A model generated the notes under the pieces. That model was not told where the DNA came from. It worked only from the letters and a program-made list of their open reading frames with translations, and did no database searches. Below are positions 48,613 through 61,832 of a stretch of 64,000 nt of DNA, piece after piece. Made by a program: the position numbers and the translations under genes. The DNA is from Basidiobolus meristosporus CBS 931.73 (lineage: Eukaryota; Fungi; Basidiobolomycota): NCBI GenBank assembly GCA_002104905.1, contig MCFE01000204.1, forward strand, positions 1 through 64,000. Reading direction: 5' to 3'. Within the stretch, counting starts at the first letter, position 1; the number at the start of each line of letters is the position of its first letter.

Positions 48613-49574
48613 TCAATAAAAGGTTCGGGTCAGATGCTGTTTATCAAGAGCCCCCTCTTCCAGCTCCTCCTCCTTCGAGACGACAACTCTATCTTTCTCA
48701 AAGGAAGAATCCTCCTCATCCTCCAGCAGGAACTCAGTGGCCTCCATTTCCAGGACATCTCTGCCCTGGTCCAAACCAGGGGCGACACTCTTGTCCTTTA
48801 GGAATTGATCCACCAACCAGAACTGAACGATATTCATGACCAGTGGAAAAAGTAGCATCACGAATACCACCTCGATCTTCGGCAAGGGTCGGAAAGGTTC
48901 TAGCAAAGCACGAACCACTGGAAGAACAAACGGGATGGAGTAGATGATAAGTAGCAACAGCTTGTTCACCACAGTCATACCAATGAACCAACCCAGCTGC
49001 TTCAACCAAATCATCACCTCCGGTGGGTGGCCGTATTCGCCGGTCCTCAACTCGTCCCATCGATAACGAGCAATAAGGCAGTTGGAGTACTTGATGAGCA
49101 CATACATGGTTGCTACCCCGACTGTAGTATCCATGAACACATTGAGGAAATACCTTGGGGAATGAAGTCAAGATCGCGCACATGATACATGGTGGTGGAT
49201 CTAGCCCATCAGAGAAAAACATACCAGTCGCAAGGGTTTGATTGCTCGTCGGTGATTAAGCTTGCGTAGCTCAGAAAGACGTTAAAGAAATGAATGAATC
49301 CCGCGGCGAAACCTTGTTTGGAGGTATCGAAAAACCTGCAATATGGTTAATCATCTCTAGACTGAGGTTGCTGGCAAGCAAAGCACCCACCAGATAAGCA
49401 AGGGTCTCCTGGGTGTCTCCTTCTGCCGTTTAACTAGAGCAATCAATAGGTTTAGCGGAGAGCTCTTCACTCCAACGGCCGGAACAGCTTACTCAATAAA
49501 GTCATAAAGGCGGTGGACGCAAGGAAGCCTTGGACTATAATAGCGAAGTCGTCGGTTAAAGAGCACTGCGCCAT
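48613..49574 (-). CDS. STIMATE/DUF3661 (YPL162C-like) multi-pass membrane protein; exons 49574-49493, 49433-49391, 49335-49225, 49153-48613
   Basis: GT-AG introns give one frame: MAQCSLTDDF...KRQKETPRRPLLIWFFDTSKQ...NPCDWYFLNVFMDTTVG...GEYGHPP...WLKQL...QFWLVDQFLK. Confidence 0.88.
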
Positions 49575-50806
49575 GCGTTCTCTATATGGCGGAGGTGTGG
49601 AAATGTATGGTGAGGCCAGGTCAGGAAGCAGTGGATCCATCGGAGGGAGCAGAATTGGCAGACGGGTGGGAAGATATATAGGAGGGAATGTTTGAAGTCG
49701 AATATATCCCAGTTAAAGATGCCAAATAGACGGGTGGAAGATAGCTAGGCAACGGAGAACGCTCGAGGCTGGGATTTATCACCAAAACAAAATGGGGGCA
49801 CCAGTACTCAGTCTCGTCTACCGGACATGGCCAGTATAAATAGTCAAGTCTACATGACAAATCTCTTTCAAAGCGCCGGTAGTATATTCATTACCGAGGT
49901 TCAGTACATCTCGCAGTTACGAGGTGTATATTCATAGGTAGTTCGTGGAAACATATTAATTAAAAATGCTCCGTCAAAATATGCCATATATTTCACTGCA
50001 TCACCCTACTTGCAAAACATGCACCCCATTCACAAACAACACATTGCTTCAGGCTAGAACACGATTCAAGAAGCATCAAGTTTGAGAATGAATGGCGCTT
50101 ATTTCAACCGTATATGACTACTCGACAGACGCTACATGCCCTACATAGGCCACAGGGGGGGCGAGATGGGCTAATGGAGCAGGCATCCGTGTAACTCGCA
50201 GAAAACAGCACATAGCCCGCAATTGGAGATGGGCGTGATCATTATAGAATGAAATACCAGGCAGCAATATGGAACTCAATCTCCATTAGATACAGCACCC
50301 AGGCATCAGGTGGTATAGGTACAGCCACACCTTCTCCATATGTCCAAATGAACTTTTCGATTGGCCCCTGAGAGGGACGCCAACGCAATAATACTCGAAT
50401 GCTCACCGCCTTGCGAGCTCAAGTAACCCACTTTGCTACAATTGTACATATGATGGCACTTTCAATCCTTGCCCTATGGCATAAGCGCTCCATACTTGCA
50501 TCCCTTTAAATATCTCTTGTCATCGGATTACGCCGAATCTGATTTGAATGCCAGTTACTTTATGACATTTACCATTTCAGATAATCATCAAGTTAAACGA
50601 GTTTGATTATTTATTTTGATATAACAAGAATCGTGTTTTAGATCACAGCCTTGAATTCACGAATCAATGTAGGAAACGTCGCTTCAGATAGTTGACTCCA
50701 TATATCCAGTTGAATATCGCCTGGTAGGTGGCATAGCCATTATTTTTGGTTTATTTACCTCAGTCTCCTTTGTTTCTTCTATCGTACACCTGATTGAGCT
50801 GGAAAC

Positions 50807-51192
50807 ATGATGCAAGCAGTAAGTTTATTCCTGAAAATAGTGGTTTCTTTAGGCCAAATGCTTAACCCTTTACCGATGACCAGTTACAATGGACCGGCGA
50901 GCCCTTTAATTCACCACTTCCTCAGTCCCTTTTCCCGCTTATGGCCTTGATACTGCTCGTTTTGGGCTTCATCTCCGCATCTGGCTTCAGCCTGTATCTT
51001 TTTAGTGAACCTTCATCTAGTTGACTGAGACTTCATACGTGAAGTGCTTGCATAGATCTACTGTATGCCTTAACTCCTTTTCATAGTGCAAACAAATCGC
51101 TGACCAAGGAGCTCCCTCTTGCCTTTGCTGCTTCGATCTTTCTAGGATTTGGCTCACTCTTTCTATTCCAGGCATCTGGCATCTACCTATAG
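50807..51192 (+). CDS. OST5: OST5/TMEM258-like oligosaccharyltransferase subunit (small, intron-containing; middle splice uncertain)
   Basis: Exon 50807-50818, intron 50819-50883, then QWTGEPFNSPLPQSLFPLMALILLVLGF...KELPLAFAASIFLGFGSLFLFQASGIYL-stop, which follows the TMEM258 pattern (SP..P..FP.L; KEL...AS.F.GFG.LFL...GIY). Confidence 0.8.
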
Positions 51193-52277
51193 GTCCTAGT
51201 GTTTCTTCGAGGCCAAAACCGGTGGAAGCCAACGTTCTGAATATCTAACCGGTTCTTAGAAAGAACCCATTTTGGTCAAATATTGATAGGATTGTAATAA
51301 ATCTATTCACCATTAAACATATGGTGCAGCTGCAGTTATATCCGTGATACTGGCCAGTTCTCTCTCCAGAAGTATAGGGGACTTCTGAAACGGAATACTC
51401 GCAGAACTACGGCATTTGAAATGAGTAATGGCCAGGCGCGCCATCCACTTCAGGCACCTAAACACAGTTGGTACATCTTTTGAGTAATACTTGCTCTATG
51501 GCATCGTGAAGAGTTGTAATCTGTCTGTGCAGCATCCATCTTCAGAAATACTCTTAATTCTACTAAAGAATAATGGTAAAAGAAGGACAACTCACTAGGT
51601 GCAAAGCATTCGACGTTAGCATATCTAGCATACTATTATGCACTGCCTTCTCCAATAAGAAGCCTGCTACCAATGTAATAGCAATGTTTCACCCAATTGC
51701 CTACCAAGACGCTGGTCTGATCGACTTCATATTGATGTGGCTATTCAGGGGGCTTTGGAGTGATAATCAATGACATGGTGTAATGGACCGGTATTTGAAC
51801 TGGTCGCCAAGCTCATGTCAAAGTTTATATGTCGGAAAATGGGAAACGTTCGAAAGGAAGAAGGAAACTATACTAACTTCTAGCCCTCTCTCACTTGCTA
51901 ATAAACTTGGTTTTGCCAGTGGATTCTGGTGGATGCATGGCAGGACAATCGCATCAATTAATTTCACCTACAAATAGATATTCCTACACATTTTCAGCTT
52001 GTCCAACAGCTCTTTACTACAATGTATAACGCCGTTACTGGAATCAACATGCTAACCTCACAAGATGGCGTAAGCTTGCGGATAGCGTTGCCAATTGGGA
52101 CCGTAGGCCACCTTATAAAGCAACTATATTGTGTATGCAGCATGACAAATGTAACACCCTATCCGTATTGGCTTCAGGAATGCTCGTCGTTGAGGCACAT
52201 GTATAAGAGGCAAATAAGAGACTGATTTTCTGCAATTATCCAGAAGTAAACTGGATGGGGCAAGCCCAAAATATCAT

Positions 52278-52604
52278 TTAAAATACTATCAGCCTTAAGG
52301 GATTATCAATCTTTGGGTGTAATACGCTGTAGAAGATCCTGCTACGTAGCTGATGGCCCCACTGTTCGACAAAGCCACGTATATAGACTTGCTTCGTATC
52401 GGCAGCCTCACTGTGAAATACCAACCATCGGTAAAATAAGGTGGTGAATTTGTCTAGGATGAATATCGGATTCCGTCGCGACCATGCACTGCAGAAAACA
52501 ACAAGGTCGTACTCAGTTGCAAGAAAGTCCGCCCAGAATTGGTACGAAGTCTCGGGTAAGAATGCCCGATATGTGAAAGCTGAAGGGTCAACAAGCCTGC
52601 TCAT
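52278..52604 (-). CDS. Probable exon of an unidentified gene
   Basis: 108-aa protein-like ORF in a CpG-rich interval; no family recognised; the remaining exons were not resolved. Confidence 0.3.
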   Translation of the reverse strand: MSRLVDPSAFTYRAFLPETSYQFWADFLATEYDLVVFCSAWSRRNPIFILDKFTTLFYRWLVFHSEAADTKQVYIRGFVEQWGHQLRSRIFYSVLHPKIDNPLRLIVF

Positions 52605-53486
52605 GAAGCATTTACGAGTTCAATGCCTACTCTTCGAACAACTGGCTTGGACCATGCAGAGGGTCCCAGACTACAAAAGTCAGTTATTGCTACACGAGTA
52701 TCGCAAGATTACTGGCTGATTGCATTCAATTGTATCAATTCGATTTGACATTCTATCTCTTTGATATATAAATAGCTACAGCCAATGGGCCCACCAGCAA
52801 CACAGATGTCTGAGATTCCCCGAGCATATTCCAAAGTAGGCAATTCTAGGGTCGCCCATCTAGGACCTGGTGCAATCGTTCATTGGCTCTACTGTAGCTG
52901 TGACTATCTATACACACAATGAAGGGCTTGAGAAGTATTGCAAAAAGTCAACAAACTGCCACCTCGGCAGATCACTACTGCATGCATCCCCCATTATCCA
53001 AGGTCGTCAGATGGCATTCGCGGCTTCCATTGGGTTGAAAGCACAGATAAAGGATTGTCTTGGAGTAGCATACCCACTCAGGCTGGAATCCAGAATGACA
53101 ATTATTTCCTGGGTGAGCATTCCAATATAACCTCCATGATTTCTGTGCCACAGGAATATCATCAACTGCCAAACCTATGAGACAATGATCTATTTGTATT
53201 GAAAAGCTAACGATCGGCAAAATATCATTGGGATGCATATATATTATATCTACGGCTGAGAACCATTATTGGCTCTCAATGGGACTTTTTGTCTATCTGC
53301 CATTCGATATCACAGGCGAGCACACCGTTGTAAGAGATCTGTTCTTGTTTGCTCTTATAGTCCTGGGCTAAGAACTAGTCCTACCCTTTGTCAGTCACCT
53401 TCTGTGCACATCCTTTGCTATTTCGTTCAACTACTATATCCGAAACGGGACAGGCACTGCTCTGTACTACACCCAAGCAGCAAAAC

Positions 53487-55538
53487 ATGTCTAGAGAAGT
53501 GGGCTCCACTTGGCAAATGATAGTGCCTTTGCTGATTCTTTTGGCACTGTTGAATATCCCCCTATGTGAAGCTATTATCATATCTCCGACTAGACTAGCG
53601 CTGGATAGCAAACAAGAACCCTTTATTCTAACACATTTCACTTTCGGTGAGGGCGGGCAAGGGCGAGTTAGTGTTGGTGGTTTCGTCGGTGTATCCGAGT
53701 ATAGCCTCAACAAATCTTTCAAGATCATCGTGGCTGAGCGCAAGAACTGGCTAGCTGTGAGTGAATCCTCTGACGGTTGACAGGCTTCAAGTTAACTAAT
53801 GGTTTTGAGCAGGTGAGCGAATTATCCTCGTCATGGGGACAAAATTACTGCGACATAAACACCACATATTGGGGAAATAGCACTTTATATTTTGACATCA
53901 CTGAATTTGACCGACTGAAGACTCCGTTGAATGACAACACCTCGGCAATGACTTTCCGCATTCGCACCCCTGGTACATATGCCGTAATACTTTTGAATTG
54001 CGGTTCGTTTGGAGTCAAGTTTTCGGTATTCTATTGCTGTTTTAACGGATTGCTTGGAGTAGTGCCATACTAATCTCGCTTGAACAAGATCTATGGGAGT
54101 TTTTATAACGTTTTGCAGGGCAAAATCACCCATTTACCGGTTGGCGCCTTACCACTCCCGATAATATACCTGATCTTTGGAGCCGGAGTGTGGCCATTGA
54201 TTTTGGTTCCCTGGCTGGTCAACTGGTATAAGCATCGAACTGTCAGCATCCTTTGACTCTGTTATTGAAGAGCTGCTACTAATTTGCATTTCAATAGTCC
54301 AAAGTGATGTTGCATTGGCTGTACTTGCTATACCCTGGATTGCAGGTTCTTCTCTGCCTTTACAGCACGTCTGCATACAGATATATCTCAGATACAGGTA
54401 ACTGACTTATCAATTCAGCCTCTATGCCATGTCTACTAAATGAATGTTTCCAAGGGGAAAATCCAGGATGGTTAGAAGCATTCCGGGGATGCTTAATCTT
54501 TGCCACTTCCTTCTCGTACTTTCTCTTCCGTCTATTGGTCTCCAAGGGATATGGGATTACTCGTACACGGATGTCTTCTCAAGAGCATCGGATGGTTTTT
54601 GGTAAAACATCTTGAACCATTTGCAACATCGAGACCTGAAGCTAAACAACTAGCTTAATAATTAGGTGTCTCCGCATTCGTGGCAGCGGCAGAGACCATC
54701 CTACAATTGTTCGGAGGGATCTCAGTGGTACGTATGGGTGGATACCATATCTTGTGATCTATTGATGGAGTTGTTTCCTTGGTTCCTGACAAAGTTTTAT
54801 TCAGATTATGATCCTTGTCTTCTACTGCATCTTTTACTTTTACATGCATTGGAACTCGAGCATCCATCTTAAATTGATACGGCTGTATGTCGCTAAACTT
54901 CGAGAAAAGCCCTCTACAGAACAGATGGTTGGCGTGTTCGTTCAGAAATCTCGCTTGATCCGGTAAGTAGGTAATCTCTGCTTTCCATAGCTATGACTAA
55001 CCCATTCTGAGTTTAGGTGGGGATGTCGAGTCATGACATGCTTTGGCTGTGTCTCGCTTTTGGTAAGCAAGCACCTCGCCTTTATGAGTGAGCTATACTT
55101 GGCCAATACTAAACCACCGCCTCTTCAGGCTCAATTGATTGTTTATTTTGTTTTACCTCCGGCGCATGGTTATGTTCACCACCTAGTATTACAATTGATC
55201 CGGTGCTTTGATTATGTGATCACTGGGTACGTAGTTGCATCTGTAGTAGGCTAGTATGCGAAACAGCCCTAAAGTTATCCAGCTATCTCTTCTGGCTCAG
55301 GCCAATAGAAGACCGAATCCCCATCACATCGCATGTGCTACGCCGTCGCGAGCTTTTAGAGCGCCAAACTCCGACGCAAAGACGCCAAGCAGTGCCGTCC
55401 ATCATGTTGGAAAACACAACGTCTGGAACTCCAATAACTCACAATATTGATGGCCCCCAGCATTCGTCGGAATTGGTATCCGGAAGGTCTCGAGTTGTTC
55501 GCCGTATCAGAAATTGGCGTTGGTTAAGACTGAACTGA
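53487..55538 (+). CDS. GPR107/GPR108/TMEM87 (lung seven-TM/GOST)-like membrane protein, multi-exon
   Basis: Signal peptide, lumenal domain with YAVILLNC, HLPVGALPLPIIY before TM1, LLVSKGYGITR, successive hydrophobic exons with GT-AG borders, YLFWLRP then a cytosolic tail. Confidence 0.75.
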
Positions 55539-55998
55539 ATGTCGGCTTTCGCCAAGTAAAGCTCCAACGAATCGATAGGTCTTTGTAACTATGAAGACCT
55601 GCAAATTCTTATCAAAGATCGATTATGGTACGCTAAAGAGCACCTCTGCTGTATATAATATCATCGCAATAAACACAATCCGTTGGTCAGACCATCAATC
55701 TTCTTCTGGCTATGCCCACTCGATACTCCGTTGACTTGATATTGGGAACTGGTGTTGCATACGTATAGGAAATGACGGCCGATGGAATACGAAATTAGGT
55801 TAAGGATTTATTCACAAGTAGGAAGATTCAACCTCGCCCCAAGCAACTTGAGAGAAACAGATGAACCACCACCCTATTTGGTAAAGATAACTATCGAAAA
55901 ACTTCTCCTCGCTTTCAAGGCGACGATGATCACTCAAAAGCGCAATTCAGTTTGCCTGGAACACTCTCATGCATCCCATTGCATTAGGCCAGCTTCTC

Positions 55999-56776
55999 TT
56001 AGAGCACTAGACACTTGGGCTTCTTCTTTGTAACTGGCGGTTCCAGAGCAGCTACAATAGCCTCGTCAAATACGTTCTTCAATCCCTTTTGGGTTAAGGC
56101 AGAACACTCGACATATTTGATGGCACCTAACTCGTTCGCGAGTCGTTGTCCCTGATCGGGCTGTATCGGGCGCTGTCTTTGACGTGTCAATTTCTCAACT
56201 GCCGCTGGGTCATCGCGGAGATCAGATTGGGTGCCAACAATCAAGCAAGGAACTCCAGGGCAGTGATGGTGGACTTCGGGAAACCATTTTTCACGAACGT
56301 TCTCGAAAGAAGCGGGCGAGGTGACAGAGAAGCATACCAAAAATACGTCGGTTTGTGGGTACGATAGAGGACGGAGACGGTCGTAGTCCTCTTGGCCTAT
56401 ATGGCAGTGTCAAATCGGATAAATGTCAGGCTGATGTTTGGAGAGAGCATGAGCAAATAAGGAAATACCTGCAGTATCAAAAAGACCAAGAGTATAAGGC
56501 TCTTCACCAATCATGACTGTAACGGCATAGTTATCGAAAACCTGCATTAAAGGTTTCAGTAAGCAGGTGTGGGCACATTGATCGGCAAAACTACTTACAG
56601 TAGGAACATAATCGGAAGGAAATTTGTTTGTTGTATAGGATATCAAAAGGCAGGTCTAATGGTACAAGTGGACAGAGCGTTGGATGAGAGATCTAGGAAT
56701 CATGAGGGTATGGATGTTTTCGTATTACCTTTCCAACAGCACCATCACCAACAACAACACACTTGATAGTTTGCAT
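55999..56776 (-). CDS. CDC42: Rho-family GTPase Cdc42; exons 56776-56729, 56655-56599, 56541-56469, 56396-55999 (191 aa)
   Basis: [40 protein letters not shown]...[22 protein letters not shown]...KKKPKCLVL (CAAX); the exons sum to 576 nt. Confidence 0.98.
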
Positions 56777-57508
56777 AGAAGGCTTTTTTAGATAGTATAA
56801 CTAGCAAAACGATGAGTCCGATATTAGAGCTAATACTCGAGGCTTACAGATGCCCCCTAAAGGGTGTCTTACCAAGGAAAACAAAGTAGGAAAATATCTG
56901 GTGGTTGGTAAGAGATGTGGCAAATGGCTGAGATGGAGAGGCGTACTAGACCTACGAAGTTAAGGTGCTTTATTTTTTTCTTGGCTTTGATAGACTGAAA
57001 GGCACTGAATGAAAAAGAAATCACTACACGAAACCTGCATGAAGTTCCGAAAGATTTCCACACGCCTGTACGATTGGCTGAATCGCAAGTTAAATATTGA
57101 TCACTAACAAATACTCTACACTATTGTTTATTTCAACTACACGAATCCAGCTAAATGAAAAGTTTAATTTTGGAAGCGTATATCAGATGATGGCAACCAA
57201 AGCCAAGGCCGGATGGGGAAAGGATTGGTTGTTGACGGATTCATAACCTTATTGTCATCCCATAGGGTATCGTACGTACGTATTCAAGGGAATGACTACA
57301 ACACCATGATGAAATCGGAGCTTGTTTAGCTCTGCTTGAAGCACGACTTTTCAGGGCCCAATCAAGATTCCGGAATCAATGATTCCCGAAATGCAGAATC
57401 AGATCAGTGTTTTGTTTGCGAAAACAATAGTGCAAAGTGTAATTGAATCGCTAGAGATGCAACGTACTCTCCCTAACACTTGTCTGCCGTCTGAGCAAAT
57501 ATACTAGT

Positions 57509-59380
57509 ATGCCACGCGAAATCATCACCATCCAAGCTGGCCAGTGCGGTAACCAAAGTATGCTAGATTATTACGATATATCCTTCACGGTTGTGGTCGC
57601 TCAATTTGTGTTGCAGTTGGTGTAGAGTTTTGGGCTCAACTTTGTGCCGAACATGGCATAAACAAAGACGGTATCCTTGAAGATTTCGCTGTTGAGGGGG
57701 TGGATAGAAAGGACGTGTTTTTCTACCAGGTTGACCAACATATATATATTGTAGGACTGGGCACATATTAACCATATTCTGTCGATGTAGGCCGATGATG
57801 AACATTATATTCCTAGAGCTATATTAGTCGATTTAGAACCAAGAGTTAGTACCTATAACATTGACGCATGAAGTGGAAAACAGCTAATCCGGATATCTTA
57901 CAGGTCATCAACAACATCACTTCCTCTGCATATGCCAATTTTTATAATCCAGAAAACATATTTGTTTCCAAAGATGGAAGTGGTGCTGGTAATAATTGGG
58001 CACACGGGTACGGACAAGGTGAAAGAATCTATGAGGAGGTTTTTGACATGTTGGACAGAGAGGCAGAGGGAAGCGAGTCTTTAGAGGTAAGAGCTCTCCG
58101 AACTTGCGGAAAACCAAAGAATAATCCCTTATGCGAATCAAGGGATTTATGCTTCTTCATTCGATTGCCGGTGGTACTGGCTCTGGGCTCGGCTCTTTCC
58201 TTTTAGAACGGTTAAATGACCGATTCCCCAAAAAACTGATTCAGACATACTCGGTTTTCCCAAATAACGAGGAAGTTTCTGATGTCGTAGTGCAACCCTA
58301 CAACAGTATATTAAGTTTGAAGAGATTAACTCAAAACGCTGACAGCGTGGTATGTACGCCGGTTTCTCAATGACTGGCTCTGTCTAAGTTTTATCGTTTC
58401 CAGGTTGTTTTGGATAACGCCGCTCTCACTCGAATTGCCGTGGATAAATTGCATATAGAAACACCCACATTTGCGCAAACCAATCAACTTGTCAGTGTCA
58501 GCATAGCTTGGGTGGTTGCTTTGGTTTTAACTAACCGTTGAGTCTTCTAAGGTTTCTACTGTTATGTCGGCCAGTACCACCACTCTTAGGTATCCTGGCT
58601 ACATGAACAACGATCTCGTTGGCCTTATTGCCTCCCTCATTCCCACACCCAAGTGCCACTACCTGATGACCTCCTACACCCCCTTCACCAGTGATGCGGG
58701 TGATATGGTACGTACGGTTCAATTAACTTGAGCGCTACACCGGCACTGATAACAGATGTGTAGTCAAAATCCGTGAGAAAAACAACTGTTCTCGATGTTA
58801 TGCGCCGCCTTCTCCAGCCCAAGAACAAAATGGTTTCGACTAACCCCAGCAAGAAGAGCTGCTACATCTCTGCCCTCAACATTATTCAAGGGGAGGCGGA
58901 TCCTACCGAGGTTCATAAATCCCTACTCAGAATCCGTGAGAGGCGACTTGCTCAATTCATTCCTTGGGGTCCCGCCAGCATTCAAGTCGCGCTTACTCGC
59001 AAATCCCCATACATCCAAACCCAGCATCGAGTGAGCGGATTGATGCTTGCCAACCATACCAGTATCGCTTCAGTATGTTGTTTGCCTCCTGCGATTTGCA
59101 GGCAATAGTCTATTAACACACTTCTTAAAGCTTTTCAAACGTATCTGTGATCAATATGATCGCCTTAGAAAGCGTAACGCTTTCGTCGAGCGTTACAAGC
59201 AAGAGGCGATATTCGCTGGCGGACTTGACGAGTTCGATGACTCCAGAGAAGTCGTTCAGGATCTAATTGACGAGTATCATGCCTGCGAAAAACCTGACTA
59301 CATCAGCCATGTATGTTCGAGCATTTGTTATTGATCAGCAGGAGAACTAATGTTAATTTGGCATTTAGGCCCAAAACTGA
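57509..59380 (+). CDS. TUB4: Gamma-tubulin, multi-exon (last exon tentative)
   Basis: [87 protein letters not shown]. Confidence 0.97.
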
Positions 59381-60204
59381 AGATTAATAGGCACCCAGAT
59401 GCTGTGACTTTCTCACTAGAACCTTTCTATTCTATAATACGGATGTTCTCAACCTGTACCATTCCTTATCCCATTCATTAAACAGGAAAACGGCCGTTTC
59501 TTTTGTGATATTGAGTCATTGAACGCATTTCATTGTTGTATAAGCGGATTAATTTCGAAAGCGATGTTTGATGTTCCAGTGACAAATTTCTGCTATTCGT
59601 GATGAATCAATAGCCTGGAGTTTGTCATAATAAACTTGACTAGATTGGCAAAGAACGTGATATTGTTGGGACAAGCTTCACGGGCGAAAAGCTTAGTGCG
59701 ACCTTGGTGCACTTGGGAGAGTTGAAGCCTGAGAATCGATGAGTAGGAGCAAATGTCATTTAGATGTTGGGATGGTTGATTCCAGGTATGACCAACCATG
59801 TCTTGTACAATCCAGGCGTAGCGCTGGGCAGTTTAAGATATGATAAAAGATTTCATATATGACCAAATGAATTTGGCTAGATTGGCAATGAATTACTCGA
59901 CACGCTTAATCAGCATGTTTCAATCCATATATATCATTCATTCAATCGATTCCATTTTTGTCACGCCAAGTCACGTCTGGGGGTTGGAGTCTCATTGCCG
60001 ATCCCGGAACACAATTGCACTGAACAGTCCGTTGCGGAAAGGGTGTTTATTGTTGTAAATTATCTGTGCTCATGAGCTAGGGTGTAACCCCCTGGTTGGG
60101 CACGATCGATTTAGGTTACTAATACTTTACGGTTTATCTGTTAAATAAATTGATCCGTTCATCTTTCTATGATTGACAAATCCCAAATAAACATCACTTG
60201 CATA

Positions 60205-61104
60205 TTATCTCACTTGGTGAAACAATAGAATTAAAACCGACAAAATCATTATTGCGTGCATTCTGGGTGCTTTTTCTGCAACACTGGCCGATTCCCACAG
60301 CCCCACGCTGGGTCGTATATTGCCAGCAGTACTGGCGGTGGCGGTGTTTTCTGGGTTTTCTCTTGCCACAGTGGTGGGGGTTACAGTTGGCTGGCTAGTA
60401 GGCTGCACTACTTGAGTCGATGTAGAGAGATCCGAGGTAGGCTGGACCACTTGAGTTGAAGTAGAGAGGTCTGAGGTGGGTTGGACCACCTGAGTTGAGG
60501 TAGAGAGGTCTGAGGTCGGTTGGACCACTTGGGTTGAGGTAGAGAGGTCTGAGGTCGGTTGGACCACTTGAGTCGATGTCGAGAGATCCGAGGTAGGCTG
60601 CACTACCTGGGTTGAGGTAGAGAGATCTGAGGTAGGCTGGATCACTTGAGTCGACGTCGAGAGATCCGAGGTAGGCTGGACCACTTGAGTCGACGTCGAG
60701 AGATCTGAGGTAGGCTGGACCACTTGAGTCGATGTAGAGAGGTCCGGTGTAGGTTGGGCTACTGTAGATGTGAGGACTCCTATTGTGGGCTGTCCAATTG
60801 GTGAAGTGGCAGCCCCACCACCCAAGCCTGGCGAGCTGGGAACCCCATTAGGAGGTACAGCGGTGGTGGCAGCTACAACAGTAGTCCTGGTCACTGTAGT
60901 ACCGTAGGAAATAGTTCGACCTCCACCCCCTCCCTGCCCCCCTTGAGTATTTCCAGGGAACAATGTGGCCGCTTGTGACACCGGAAGTGTAATTGTGGTT
61001 AAATCAGAGGCCCGGGATATGATTATACCATTAGAGCTATCTTGGGCCTCTGTCATCATCGAGGTCCCAAGCAGCAATGATAAGAAAACAAGGGAAAACC
61101 GCAT
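60205..61104 (-). CDS. Secreted Ser/Thr/Pro-rich tandem-repeat cell-surface protein, possibly GPI-anchored (299 aa)
   Basis: N-terminal signal peptide, Gly-rich stretch, 13-aa repeats, hydrophobic C-terminal tail; single exon. Confidence 0.85.
   Translation of the reverse strand: MRFSLVFLSLLLGTSMMTEAQDSSNGIIISRASDLTTITLPVSQAATLFPGNTQGGQGGGGGRTISYGTTVTRTTVVAATTAVPPNGVPSSPGLGGGAATSPIGQPTIGVLTSTVAQPTPDLSTSTQVVQPTSDLSTSTQVVQPTSDLSTSTQVIQPTSDLSTSTQVVQPTSDLSTSTQVVQPTSDLSTSTQVVQPTSDLSTSTQVVQPTSDLSTSTQVVQPTSDLSTSTQVVQPTSQPTVTPTTVARENPENTATASTAGNIRPSVGLWESASVAEKAPRMHAIMILSVLILLFHQVR
60397..60756 (-). repeat. Coding 39-bp tandem repeat, 9 full units of QPTSDLSTSTQVV plus a partial unit
   Basis: The first and last QPT codons are 351 bp apart (9 x 39). 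Confidence 0.95.
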
Positions 61105-61832
61105 TATTATCCACAGCTTAGTTAGGTGTTGGTTAAAGGTTATGAGTAGAACGTTAGAATGGGCTGGATAAAACCAGTTAACCGAAATTAAATCCTATTT
61201 ATATAGATAGCACTAAACACAATCACAATCTGAGCTCAACATCGTAACTGACGTTAGATGTAACGTTCTGCATCGTCAATGGTTAGTTCTTGATGATGAG
61301 TAGGCCTTGAAGGTACAAGTTCCTAACGGTAAACAGAACAGTGAGGATTTGCCGGAAATTGGCGTAGAGATCCCTACACGTGACAATAGTGAGTTGGCGC
61401 CGGCCTATCATATCGACACTTTCGTACCGATTCTCTATAGTCATCATCCCGCATATTTCCCTAAATATCCAAGGAACATACAACCCGCGTTGACTCCACA
61501 TGATTGACTCAAGGGAGAGGATGCATGAATTGGAATGATTTCTGCCCTTCTGGGCATGGCGAAGATGTTGGCGATTCGAGTTCGATTGGTTGTTATTCTG
61601 AACTTCATCATGTCCGTTAGAATCACCGAAATGTACTGCTTTTTTTGTATTTGACTCCTCATGACATATACTTGGCATAAAATCATTCTGACAGTCCATT
61701 GGTTCGCCAACGATATTTTCTACGTCATCTTAATCTTGGCCCATATGATAATAGAAGTGTGGTGGATGCGCCTTCTTGGTATCTATAATCTTTGCATTGG
61801 CACTCGGCTTATCAACCTTTCAATCCCGAAGT

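Noticed and set aside
48453-49222. Alternative-frame and antisense ORFs over real genes and TE pol (for example 48453-48839, 48734-49222, 56146-56367, 39712-40062)
   Set aside because: Shadows of coding sequence on another frame or strand, with no independent motifs.
60397-60756. 39-bp and 18-bp (42760-42825) repeats as CRISPR-like arrays
   Set aside because: Contiguous tandem units with no spacers, in eukaryotic coding or LTR context.
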